DNA from: Octopus sinensis
Taxonomy: Eukaryota
NCBI RefSeq assembly: GCF_006345805.1
Contig: NC_043006.1
Coordinates: 60,078,001 to 60,142,000, forward strand
Reading direction: 5' to 3'
Length of the DNA stretch: 64,000 nucleotides
The notes below the pieces were generated by a model. The model saw only the letters and a list, made by a program, of their open reading frames with translations, was not told the origin of the DNA and searched no databases. A program made the translations under genes and the position numbers. Positions 25,903-38,843 of this stretch are shown here, in pieces; the stretch's first letter is position 1; each line of letters starts with the position of its first letter.

Positions 25903-26054
25903 GTAAATATAAATATATTCAATATTTGTCGGCTAACTATAACGGTGCATTTTCTACGATGGTTTGTCAAATGTTTCACTGTTAAAACTATTCCATTTAT
26001 CATACATACACATATATATATATATATGCATGTACTCGCACGCACACACACACA

Positions 26055-26090
<36 letters not shown>

Positions 26091-26961
26091 TTTAATGTTT
26101 CTGGAGGCATAGCCAGTACCCATGGCCTTCTTTGGCTCTCAGGACACCTGCAGGGGACTCGGAAAAGAAGAAGCTTTGAGGAAGAAAGACAAAGCTTAAT
26201 GTGAAGCTTAGCATTTCGACACAACACAGTGATGTTTACGGATACATACATATATTCATGCATTCATACACACACATATATATACATATACATATACAAG
26301 CAAACATATTTCTGTATACTTATCTTTATGTACACATACATACACGTCTTTTATTTTTTACTTGTTTCTTTCATTTGTCTCCCCGTATTTATGTTTTATA
26401 GCTAGTATTTATTCTATCGATCTTTTTGTGAACCGTTGCGTTACGATGTCGTAAACAAACTAGTAACAATTATGAAACGGTGAGGTGACAAATACAAAGA
26501 CCCCTCCCCGCACACATATATACAGCAATGCATTAATTGGTCCTGTGCTACAGTAGAAGATACTTGCTAAGGAGCGGGACTATAGTAGAAGATACTAGGC
26601 AAGGAGCGGGACTTAACCCGACACCGCGATGTTGGAAAGCGAGGTTCTTAACCAAACACTCATGTCTGAACGTTTTTTTCTGTAGTTTCACCTCAGAGCT
26701 GTGGCCATGCTGCTGCACCGCCGTTACATGTGGTTGTCATTTGACGCTTAAACATGTTAGCTTGAGGAAACCGTTGTGTCTGGTGAACCATCCCCCTCTC
26801 ACAGGGACGTCCGGCTGGGACGTTATTAATACAGCCTTTGTCTCAGACCTTCCCAAAGATGAACGAGGCAACCTAAGTACCTGGATGTTATCCCTTAAAC
26901 GAGCTTACACCTGAACTTATATAAATATATATTCATATTATATTTTCTTTTTCTTTCAAAG

Positions 26962-26973
26962 GTACTATCATGA
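26962..26973 (+). CDS. Probable terminal coding exon (VLS-stop) followed by 3' UTR
   Basis: Strong tattttctttttctttcaaag| acceptor; phase 0 gives GTA CTA TCA TGA; AATAAA at 27166-27171. An alternative downstream last exon (e.g. the acceptor at 29627) cannot be excluded. Confidence 0.5.
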   Translation, partial: VLS

Positions 26974-27165
26974 TTCTCAACGACTCCATGAATGATGAGG
27001 TTGACAGACAAACAGACAGACAGAGATATCTTGGTTGACGCAAGAGAGCGATTTTATTTCTATGGACAATTTTTATTGATATTTAATTGCTTTTCTTTTT
27101 TTGTATAAATCCGCATTGGAAGAAGATAAAGAAAGAAAAGCTAACATTCATTAACTTTATTTCTA

Positions 27166-27171
27166 AATAAA
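27166..27171 (+). terminator. Candidate polyadenylation signal (AATAAA) of the membrane-protein gene
   Basis: AATAAA about 190 nt after the putative stop; AT-rich context makes a chance occurrence likely. Confidence 0.3.
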
Positions 27172-27671
27172 ATATCGAACAAAACTTATATGATCAGTTC
27201 ATCATTAAATTTGGTAAACTTAGTTTATTGATCATAGCCATTAAGGCAGCAAGTCGGCGGAATCGTTAGCACGCAGGGTAAAATGCTTAGCGGCATTTCG
27301 TCCGTCTTTACGTTCTGAGTACAAATTTCGCCGAGGTTGACTTTGTCTTTCATCCTTTCGGGGTCGATAAAATAAATGCAAGTTGAGCACTGGGGACGAT
27401 GTAATCGACTTGCTTCCTATCATAAAATGACTGACCTTGTGCCAATTTATGAAAACATTATTATCGTTATAAAAGGCTGCGAGGTAGCAGAGTCGTTAGC
27501 ATGTCGCAAAAAATGCTTCGCAGCATTTCGTCTGTTCAAATTCCGCCGAAGTTTATTTGTCATTCATCCTTTCGGAGACCATAAAATAAATACCAGTCAA
27601 GCACTGGCGTTCAAGAAATCAAATTTTCCTTCCCCACGATTTTAGGCCTTGTGCCTATAATAAAAAAAGGA

Positions 27672-27708
<37 letters not shown>

Positions 27709-28898
27709 GAAGGTAGCAAGCTGAAAGAATCGTTAGAATGCCGGACAAAATGCTTAGTGGCATCTATTCCGATTTTACGTTTTATATTCAGCTGAGGTCG
27801 ATTGTGTTTCTTTCTTTTTGGGTTGATAATATAAGTACCAGTGGAGTACTGGCGTCGATGACATTGATTAGCGCCCTTTCTCTAAATTTCAGGCCTTGTA
27901 CCTATAGTAGAAAGGATTATTATTATTATTGAGGTGGCAGAATCTTTAGCACGCCGGGCGAAATGCTTAGCGATATTTCACCCGTTGCTACGTTCTGAGT
28001 ATAAAATTCCGCTTCTTCTCTAATATGGTACCATTACGAGGAAAGACTCCTTTTGAAATTTTAGAACTCACTAGACCTCACAATTCACGAACTTCGCGAA
28101 ATGTTTAATAATTTATTTTCCTTAGATTATAATAATTTAATTTATATCGGTAGAATCTTAAGAAAAGAACTGAGTGAGCAGATTCGGCAGAGTGGTGGGT
28201 TACACAGACCTTGTGCTGGGTACCTTTAAGTTCCCGAATTCATATACCACCGAAATCGATTTTACCTTTTCATACTTCAGGCGTTGATAAAATATATTAT
28301 TTGTTTGAAAACCAGATTCAATTTAATCAGCTATACACTTTGGTCACATCTGAGGCAATGTATCTATATGATAAATCAATATTCTTGGGTAGGACATAAT
28401 TATTACAAATTCCCTTCCTACTGTTTCTTTTTTAATATTTATACATAAATTTTATCATAAGATGTTTATAAGGTTTGGTTGCTAACTCTCACCCCTATGC
28501 TACTTGATACTTCATCGCTGAACTTAATTAAGACATAATAATTTGATTCCTCGATGGAACAATTTCATTTCCTTTTCATTGGTAATGCACTTGGAAATGA
28601 CATCTACGTCAACATTTGCCATTTTTAATTTGTGATGCAAAAATAAAGTTCTTGAATTCAGTGAAAGCTGAATTAAGCTCTTGGCAAACGGTGATCGTAT
28701 TTCAGATTCTGTGCCTGTTTCTAGTAATTTCACTCCAATCAGAACTTTAATAGCATTGGATTGCAACATTTTAGTTTTCCACCAAAAGTATGAAGCAGAT
28801 GTTGAATAGAAGCAAAATATTTTCTCTTCTCACTCGTTCATGCACAATGTAAGAATGGAATTTGCTTATTAGTAATTAAACATTTTTGATGGAAGTTT

Positions 28899-28932
<34 letters not shown>

Positions 28933-29277
28933 AATGCAACAATCACCATGTAATATTTTTTTTCTACTTAACCACTTTAACACGCGGATAATAATAAAAA
29001 AATCTCGATCCCATTCAGAAAACTAAATAATATCAATCACAACCATAATAAACAAGAAATTTTTTAAGAAGTAACATGATTACGTAATTAGAACTATATG
29101 ACCCTTTAATAAAACGAACAATGCAGAAGAAATTTTTTTCTCTTTGTATGTACTAAAACTTCGCAGAAGCTACCACATCGTGACTAGAGAACACTGAAAC
29201 TCACAAAAACACGTCAGTTTTCAATATTGGAAGATATTTTGCCTTACAGATATTATAGTCATTAATATTAAGAATGG

Positions 29278-29555
29278 AGGCGCAATGGCACAGTGGTTAT
29301 GGCAGCGAACACGCGATCGGAGGTTCGCGGTTTCGATTCCCAGACCGGGTGTTGTGTGTGTTTATTGAGCGAAAATACCTAAAAGCTCCACGAGGCTCCA
29401 GCAGGGGTGGTGGCGACCCCTATTTAACTCTTTCGCCACAGCTTTCTCTCACTCTCTCTTCCAGTCCCGTCCAGCTGGGGGGAACACATACGCCACAGAA
29501 ACCCGGAAACCGGGCCCATGAGCCTGGCTCGGCTTGAAAAGGGCGACGTTCATCG
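29278..29555 (+). mobile_element. SINE type C (tail variant 2) with 15-bp TSD
   Basis: TSD TAATATTAAGAATGG at 29263-29277 and 29556-29570. Confidence 0.85.
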
Positions 29556-30979
29556 TAATATTAAGAATGGTTTGCTAATTTAAATGCATGAACATATTAC
29601 TGTTGCGTTTTAATTTTTGTACAACAGGTTTCGGTTTTCTATGAATTCGTAGCTGATCCGACACATATCACGCTGAATTGAATTTCGCCGCAAATTTACT
29701 ATCCACATAGTTACTGTCAACTTTTCTGAGATAAAATTCCGCCGAGGTCAACTTTGCCTGTTATCTTTTTCGGGGTTGATAAAAATAAAGTATCAGTTGT
29801 GTACTGAAGTCGATGTGCCAAAATTTGAAGTATTTACATTCAACATAACTAAACGAAAATAAAACTTTATAAAAGTCGAAAACAAAATATGTTGATCAAA
29901 GGTCGGGATGATGAGCAAAACATCGACATTCCGAGTTCAACGGTTTCTGAGATAAATAAATCAAGCAGCTGATGAAGCCATCACACACACACACGCACAC
30001 ACACACATACACGCACACACACACATGCGTGCACACACACACACATACACGCACACACACGCACACACACACACAAACAAAAGTGCTATACAATAGATTT
30101 TGTAGTCCGCTCTCCCGGGTGGTGGTGGTTTGATGGTAGGAGTGCGCAAAAACTTAAGAACCATAAACAAAAATATTTTCCTTTTGCTCAAATATTTGTT
30201 TCTCGTTTTAAACAGGATACATTTACTGGTGGTGGTAGTAGTATGATAACGGTACAATTGAATGCATGGAGTGAATGAAAACAAAATTACTTTAAAAAAA
30301 CTGGCGGCGAGGTGGCACAATCGTTCTAGTATCATCAAAGAAGGATCTTTTCACTTTGACCGGCAGATTTAAAAATAAATTTTGTAACTAAACACTTTTA
30401 AACTTCGTATACTGGTAGAATGTGTCACATAAAACATATTTTTCTCTTGACATTCTTGAGAAAATTCTGTAGTTTGTAAGCTATTTGTTGTTAAATTTCT
30501 TGTATTTCGGCAATTTTAACCAATCAATGACGTCTATTGAGGTCATATATATACTGCTGATCCTCAATGAATTTCCCTTATGGTATTTCGTTCAGCATTT
30601 TTTTCACATATATTGAGTTTTACCCCCCCCCCCCCATCAGTCAGCTTCCACTTTCATACCTCCAGGTTCGATAAAATAAAGTACCAGTCTAGTACTGGAT
30701 TCAATGGTAACGACTAACCCCTTCCTTCAAATCTACTGTCTTTTTTTTGTCTTCATTAAAATTTGTTATTTTATGGGAAATGCAAACTATTTTCTATTAC
30801 TAGTTACAGTAACTGGTTGCGACTATGCTATAGTATTGTTCTTAAGAGTTTCAGAGGATCATATCGACAGCAGGCTTTATTTTAATCTGCTATATATTTA
30901 ACGTTTTGATTTTTAAAACGATTAAATTACCCTTTGACGTAAATGAACGCAACGTCACGCATAGTTTTCCACCAGTGTG

Positions 30980-31365
30980 TTGTTGGCACTCCGTCGGTTA
31001 CGACGACGAGGGTTCCAGTTGATCCGATCAATAGAACAGCCAGCTCATGAAATTAACGTATAAGTGGCTGAGCATTCCACGGACACGTGTACCATTAACG
31101 TAGTTCTCGGGGATATTCAGCGTGACACAGTGCGACAAGGTTGGCCCTTTTAAATACAGGTACCACAGAAATAGGAAGAAAGAGTGAGTGAAAGTTATGA
31201 TGAAAGAGTACAGCAGGGGCCGCCACCCCACCCGCCCTGCCGGAGCCTCGTGGAGCTTTTAGGTGTTTTCGCTCAATAAACACTTACAACGCTCGGTCTG
31301 GGAATCGAAACCGCGATCCTACGACCGCGAGTCCGCTGCCCTAACTACCAGGCCATTGTGCCTCC
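30980..31365 (-). mobile_element. SINE type C (tail variant 3)
   Basis: Same ~185-nt head with a third, unrelated tail. Confidence 0.8.
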
Positions 31366-32073
31366 TTTCCACCAGTATATATAGACTCACACAGATACAT
31401 ATACACGGAAACCAAGTGTATTGTCCTCTATCAGAGAAGGCTTTTGTTTCAAGTTTTCTGGCTCCTATCAAAAACCCTTAGATATATTTACAGAAACAAG
31501 GATATTTCAAATCCATACTTCCACAGCTGCGTCAACACTACGGTATCATTAGCAAACTAAATTATAGGCCCCTTGCTGAGAGGTTGATTCTCTTTAATAT
31601 TCTGCACTTACTCCTCCAGTCGTCAATCTTATTATAGAAAATATCGTTTCTTGTATCGATCCTGTTGTCCTTCGGGGTCGATAAAATAAGTACTAGTTGA
31701 GCACTGGATCCATGTAGTCAACTCGTCCTTTCTCACGCAACTCCAGGCTTTGCATCTATAGCAGGAAGAATTATTATTAAGGCTCTTGTAGTGCATCAAA
31801 CATGGAGAAGTAGCGAATTTTATATATTACTTGGTTAAATACTTTGGGAGTATTTAACCCAAATCTTCAACGTTTTGAATTCTATTAAAGCGGAGGGTTT
31901 TACTTCACTTTTAATCACCCCAAAATTATTAGAATTTATGCCAGTACTTAAATCTAATTAAACTGCCTTTATCTCCTCCTCCGCCGTCTTCTTTTACTGT
32001 TTAATTAAAAAGAGATGAAAGCACTATATCGGTGATTAGTAGGGAGGAAATTAACTTTATATGAGAGACTTGG

Positions 32074-32133
<60 letters not shown>

Positions 32134-32621
32134 AAATTAACTTTAAATAAGAGACTTGGATTATTATTATTATTAATATTATTATTATTAAGGCAACAAG
32201 CCGGAAGAATCGTCAGCATTTCGAGAAACATGTTTAACAGTATTTCTTCCAGCGCTTTATATTCTGAGTGGAGTTCGAATACCACGGAGGTCATCGTTAC
32301 TTTTCACGCTTTCGATTTCGTTAAAATAACGTGCCAGTGATGTACTGGGGTCAATGGAATCAACACGCTACATTCCCTCACAATTATAGGCTTTGTGCCA
32401 AAATTAGAAAGAATTATCCTTATATTATTTCTCCTATAAGTACAAAGCTTGAAATATGGTGGGAGGGTGAAGTCGATTACATCGATCCGAGATCTCAACT
32501 GGTACTTATCTTATCGACCTCCGAAAGGATAAAAAGCAAAGTCGGCCTCGGCAGAATTTGAACTCAGAAAGTAAAGCCAGAAGAAATACCGCTAAGAATT
32601 TTGCCCGACGTGCTATCGATT

Positions 32622-33030
32622 CTTATTTCTTTATTGCCCACAAGGGGCTAAACATAGATGGGGCAAACAAGGATATTAAGTCGATTACATCGACCCCAGT
32701 GCGTAACTGGTACTTAATTTATCGATCCCGAAAGAATGAAAGGCAAAGTCGACCTCGGCGGAATTTGAACTCAGAACGTAACGGCAGACGAAATACCTAT
32801 TTCTATTTTTTTACTTCCCACAAGGGGCTAAACACAGAAGGGACAAACAAGGACAGACAAACGATTAAGTCGATTATATCGACCTCGGTGCTTAAGTGGT
32901 ACTTATTTAATCGACCCCGAAAGGACGAAAGGCAAAGTCGACCTCGGCAGAATTTGAACTCAGAACGTAACGGCAGACGAAATACGGCTACGCATTTCGC
33001 CCGGCGTGCTAACGTTTCTGCCAGCGACCC
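32622..33030 (-). mobile_element. Dimeric SINE type B
   Basis: Same two-unit layout and same internal junction (GGTATTTCGTCTGCC) as 19543-19956. Confidence 0.85.
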
Positions 33031-34637
33031 GCTTTTAATTCTTCAGGTGTGGAGGATGCTTCTCTATTATATCGGCTCCTGTGCTCGACAAAAAAGCACC
33101 AGCCGAGTATAATGTCATCGACAAGACTACTCACCTGAAAATTACTGGCTTTGTAACAAAATTTGAAAAATTGTTATATTATTTTTTTTCTTAGTTGGCC
33201 ATCGAACTTTTGTGTTGATTGCTTATCAGATGACAGCTGAACTTTCACCTTCAAATGTTTGTTGTTGAATATCATCGGCAGACTACGAATCTGTGGTGCT
33301 GGCATGAGAATTCGTGTTTGTGCTTGTAGAATTGATAGTGATAGGAAGAATCGGTGTCGTAATGGTTTCAAATTTTGGCACCCGGGCAGCGATTTTAATG
33401 GGAGGGGTTAGCCGTAGACGTCGGCGAAGTTTGAACTCAGAATATAAAGAGCCGGAAGAAATGCCGTTTAGCATTTAGCCAAACGCACTAACGATTCTGC
33501 AAACTTGCAACAATGCCTAGACTTTGAGTTCAAAAGAATTTGTGAATTTGTGTGTGATATTCTTTTTTATGTATATGATTGTGACAGCAATGGATAATTG
33601 CAGTATTATTGAGAAGTTCCGCAAACAGATAAACTTTGAATTCGAGATTTGAGATTATATTCATGGATGAAGTGATGTCGCAGTCTAGAAGGATTTCACA
33701 GACGCTTCTTTATAATAAAATTGTGTGTAGAAGTGAAAGAATTTCAAAGCAGGTCAAACTAATATGTTCATGTGTGTGGCTGTTCTTGATACTGTTATAC
33801 TTCACACCGTGTTTCAAATAATCTTTTCGGAAATTTATCTGATAGTCGATCTTGGCCTTTTTCTCTCTAACAATAAATAACTTCGTCATAACAGTAAATA
33901 TAGCTTGATTTAGTAGTAAAAGTATTACAGTGACATAATTTTGAGAAAACATAATAAAATAAGAACTAAGCCAACTGGAAATTTAAAAAAAATGTAAACA
34001 TAAACAAACTAAATGCAATACTTTAAACTTTCATCTTATATTTAAGTATTTCGGCTTTCAAAAAGCCTTTATCACGAGAAAATATTTTAAGCTGAAATAT
34101 TGAAATGTAAGTCAAAAGTTTAAATTTTTGGCGTATTTGGTTTTGTTTTGTTTTCATACTAGTATTTTCATCTTACGCTAGAGAGGCTTTCGTAAACACT
34201 TTCGTAAACACAATGTCTCATATGAACTAGCATATATATATATATATACATATACACACACATATATATATATATATATCTGTGTGTGTCTGTTTATAAA
34301 TGTAGACGTATATACGTATATACACAGACATACGCATATATGTGTGCGTGTGTGTACATGTTAAGTCGACATACAGATCTACTCGTATGAACGTACACAC
34401 ACATGTATATACACTCGCATATGCACATATATATATGTGTGTGTGTGTGTGTAGATTTCTGCGTATATGTCTTTTAACGCCATCAATTTTCGTATGCAAT
34501 GAAGATATAAAATGGATTTCCTGCTAAATTCAGATTTAGTTAGTTTTAGTTGAAGACATGAAAATCGAAAACCTAAATTTACATAACATTGCACTCACAC
34601 ACATAAGTCCATACTCACGCACGTACACACACACGCA

Positions 34638-34679
<42 letters not shown>

Positions 34680-35816
34680 GCATACACACACACATACACA
34701 TGCATACGCTCATGCATTAATATGATGACGCGTCAGTTTACTGGAAACTATTATTATTATCTTGTTGGGAAAAATATGTACCAGCCGAGTTTTAATTCCG
34801 CCATTCAGAGAACGAATGTTACATTAATTCAGCATCATAAGATAATGTTGATATTATGAACTACATATTTGCTGAACTCACAGGAATTCAATAGAAGAAA
34901 TTTAACAAAGCCATGATTACGTAATGTCCTTCACGTGTCTACAATGTGCCATTTTAAATTACATTTAACTTGACTCAGAGGACTACCTTCTCTTTCTCTT
35001 TCTTTCTCAAAGATATCTTCGTTCTCTGAACCGGAAAAAAACAGCCAATAAAAACAAACACACAGGCAAATAAATAATAAATTCAACAACGAGTACTGAA
35101 GTTTAACGAAATCAACAGACAGTTATTGAAATTTAAACACCTTCCAACTCATGTCTTGGTCAGCACAGCTGTATTAAAAATGAATAATTAAATGGAAACA
35201 ATTGAAACAAATGATAAATGAAAAACAATTATTAATAAAAATAAAAATTTTGAAGAGGGAAAAGTTATTTTCTTTTCTTCATGATGATTAAGACATTTTT
35301 TTCCCCATTTATTTTTCTCCATTTATTCTATCTAATTGTTTTCTGAAGTACAAAGATCAATATTGAACTGAAGATGTAGTCACTTCGTAGTTGATATTAG
35401 AGCATAGCGATCGACGTATCAATTTTACACGGCGGCGACGCTCTTTAAAATGGTAAGTTACCTCATTATGGTATCTAATTAGTGCTATGTGAGACTAGGC
35501 TATTGAAGTGTCTTGACCACTCCACGAAACCGACGACAGGATATGGAATAATCGATTTCTAAGCTTCGGTTATGTGACTTCTCATCTATTATAATTTGGC
35601 AGCAACTCACCTCTCTCTGTGTTTGTCCATCTCTAGTATGTCTCTCCATCGTCTTTCTGTTTGTCCGGTTTCCATGTGCATCAAAGATAAATATCTGCTA
35701 TGATGTTATCACTATTTTTGCATTTTGTCCAAACATTAACTGATGCTTAGCTGCAGAAGTTTAATTATCTCTCTGTATATGGTATATAATTTTATATGTA
35801 ATTCTAAAGATTATAT

Positions 35817-36694
35817 TAAAAGTAACCGGAAACGTTCTCTATGGGACAAGCCCACTGTAGTTCGGGCTTCCACCGCTAGAAACCACTTGATGCGACGCTC
35901 AAGCATCAGTCTGCCGACCGGTATCATCAGCTTGTGTCGTACTGCCACGTGGTGCATCTTTGTTTTGCAGTGCTTCTCCCCTGTTCGTCGATTTTTGCGA
36001 TGGCTGAAACGAAAAAACAGAGTGCTTCCGTGAAATTCTGTTTTCTGATGGTGAAAACAGCGGCCGAAACAGTTGTCATGCTCCAAACAGCTTACAAAGA
36101 CGCATGAGCGAAACACAAGTTGACGAGAGTTTTTCACGCTTTAAGAATGGTCACTTGTCGCTCGAAGACCAAGATCATCCAGGGCGGCTATCAACCTCCC
36201 GAACGAATGAAAACATTACGAAGATTCATAGAGGACCGTCACTGAACAAGTGACAAACTTGCTGGTATGATTGGTGTGTCCTGGAGCTCCTGCCAACGAA
36301 TTTTGAGCGAGGAATTGCGAATGAAAAGCGCCGCAGCAAAATTTATGCCTCGTTTGCTTACGGAAGATCAAAAGCAGTCACGACTGAATGCGTGTCGTGA
36401 ACTGAAAGAACAGTTGGAAGTTGATCCTGACCCCTTTTCGAAGATCACCCCTGGTGATGAAAGCTGGTGCTATAGAATTTGCAGATGTGGAAGAGGTGAA
36501 GAAAAAAATGACGGAGGCGTTAAAAGGCGTCACTTCGCAAGAATTCCAGCACAGCTTCGAACAGCGGAGAATGCGTCTGGACCGATGCATTGCTTCAAAG
36601 AGAGAATACTCTGAAGGCGATAAAAGTATAAATATGTAAAACTAATAGAATAAAAGGACATTTCAAACTTTCGGTTTCTTTTGGGTACCGCTCG
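35817..36694 (+). mobile_element. Internally deleted mariner transposon
   Basis: Partial left TIR (aaaagtaaccggaa) matches the right TIR (ttcggtttcttttgggtaccgctcg|ta). Fragments: VKFCF, GVSWSSCQRIL, KFMPRLLT, PGDESWCY, then a jump to the C-terminal FADVEEVKKK...RCIAS..EY.EGDK. Confidence 0.9.
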
Positions 36695-37254
36695 TATATT
36701 TTTTATTAACCCCTTAAATACACTTTGCCACTTTGCTACAAGTAGCACTGGATATTTATGCAAAAACACCCGATGGTCTGTTTGATCAAATCTCTCGTAG
36801 CGCTACTCATCAACAACGACGATAGACACAGAAGAACAGTGGAGTGTATATGACACATCGACACTGTCACTGAATTACCGTCAATTAACAATTGTATTTC
36901 AAAATGAGCCATTAGTTTAAAGGCTACAGTAAATCTGTGGATTACACACAGAATATTTCGACCAATAGCTTCCGTGCTATGGTTTTTATCGATCAGAAAG
37001 CTACAAAACTACATTGCGACAACAACAACAAAAGGAACAACCATATCTTTAACACTCTATTTCGAAACAACACAGAGCAATGAAGTTCAAGTTATCTCTC
37101 ACTTGGCCAAGCTTGTGGTGTACACTGAACATTTTCTCAATGTGAAATGCGAAGGCTGCTTCGTCCAGGTCTTTTACCCTCGTTCAGATCTTTTACTCCC
37201 TTGGATCATCTACATACTGCCAGTAAAGCCATAGTTTGTTTGGCGGATCTTATA

Positions 37255-38444
37255 TGAGGGTGGGCTGAATATGAAGGAATGATGCTACAGCTGCGAAATC
37301 TTCCATGCATTAATTTCAAACCTTCTTATTAATAACTGCTTTGTTTCTTTCTAGGTAAACTAACATATGACTGTTTAGAGATGGCTTCAAATATAACTAG
37401 TAGCGACTTTTGGAAATGGACCAAATTAGGCATCATGGTGTTATGAAGTACTTTCAGAAAAAGGCATTAGCCCCCAAATCATTCATGCTGACATGGTTTC
37501 CACAGAAGGGATTGACGATCCAGCTTTATCAACAGTGCAAAATTGAGCAGCAGGATTTAGGAGAGGAAGGGAGAGGAAGGTCTGGATGTCCTTCAGCTGC
37601 CACCACGTGTTGATGGATGACAAGTGATTGACTATAAATCAAATAGTCAATGCTATTAGCATGTCCTGTGAAAGAGTTGAGAGTATTTTACACAATGAAC
37701 TTGGCATGCCGTAGGTTTCTGCTCGGTAGTTTCCACGCCTTCTGACACCTGATCAAAAGCGCACGTGGCTGATCACATCATGGGAAAAATCTGACATTGT
37801 TTCATCCAGCTGGTTTCTTTGAACGTTTCTTAAGCTAGGATGGATGTTGGTTTCATCACTTTGAGGCTGACATCCTCCTCACCTGCCCCAAAGAAAGACA
37901 AGGTTGTTTCATCTACAGGGAAGGTGATGGCTTCAGGTTTTCTTTTGATGCAAAAGGCATTATGTTTATTTATCTTCAAAAGGTTTACACCATCAATAGA
38001 AAGTACTATGCCAGCTTGCTGAGGCAATTACGAAAGGCTATCAAGACAAAACGGCCGGAGGAAAATTAACGAATGGGTCTTGTTTCATCAGGATAATGCT
38101 CCAGTACACAAGTCCTTGGTTTCAATGGCTGCAGTACGTGACTGTGGCTTTAAACTGGTTGATCACCTTTCCTCTTCTGATTTGGCCTCATCTAACTATC
38201 ACTTCCCAAACATTAAAAACCCCCCCAAAAACACTTGACTAGGAACCAGTATTGCTGTAATGATGACGTCATATCTGCTGTTGATGGCTCTTTTGACCGG
38301 CAGGATGAAAGCTTCTTCATCAATTGAATCCAAGCACTGCAACACCGGAAGAAACAAGGGAAACTATGCTGAAAAATAAACCTCATTTAGTCACATTCCA
38401 TGAGAATATTTTGGTCAACCTATGAACTTTTCAGTCGACCCTCG
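37255..38444 (+). mobile_element. Near full-length decayed mariner (irritans-like)
   Basis: TA|TGAGGGTGGGCTGA ... TCAGTCGACCCTCG|TA TIRs; frameshifted transposase with PAPKKDKVVSSTGKVMAS, HQDNAP and an SSDLASSNY (YSPDLAPSDY-like) motif. Confidence 0.9.
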
Positions 38445-38807
38445 TAGGATATACGTTATCCTAGTGACATTTTCTGAACTGTCTGGTGGAAGTGACGGGC
38501 TAGAGTAGTCTTTACCCTTGGCAGAATCTGCTAAATTCTACGAAAAACCGACAGCGGCGTATAGCTTACAAGAAATGTTCAGTGGTTCACTATTTGGTTA
38601 TTTTTCATGGGAGGTAAAAGAAAGAATAAGTATCGAAATATGTTTGAGGGAACGAGAGATACCCCTCTTTTATTACAATATTCTGTTCTTTAACAATCTT
38701 ACCCCCTGCCAGATAGATGACCGCCCAAAGGCGTTAATAGAAACCCTGTGAATAGACAGTAGTTTATCCACCCATCCATCTACAACACACATACGCACAC
38801 AAACACA

Positions 38808-38843
<36 letters not shown>

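Noticed and set aside
28524-28769. 81-aa non-repetitive minus-strand ORF
   Set aside because: No recognisable domain, no convincing acceptor, and an in-frame stop about 20 codons upstream; it could be chance or a decayed transposon.
33047-33152. Exon-like + strand segment (CGGCFSIISAPVLDKKAPAEYNVIDKTTHLKITGF) and a minus-strand AG|GTGAGT recursive-splice-like motif at ~33130-33141
   Set aside because: The acceptor abuts a SINE end, the donor is weak, no partner exons were found, and no minus-strand host gene was identified.
36780-36815. Minus-strand TTGATGA-GTAG-CG-CTAC-GAGA hammerhead-like string
   Set aside because: Two core mismatches and no coherent stems I or III.
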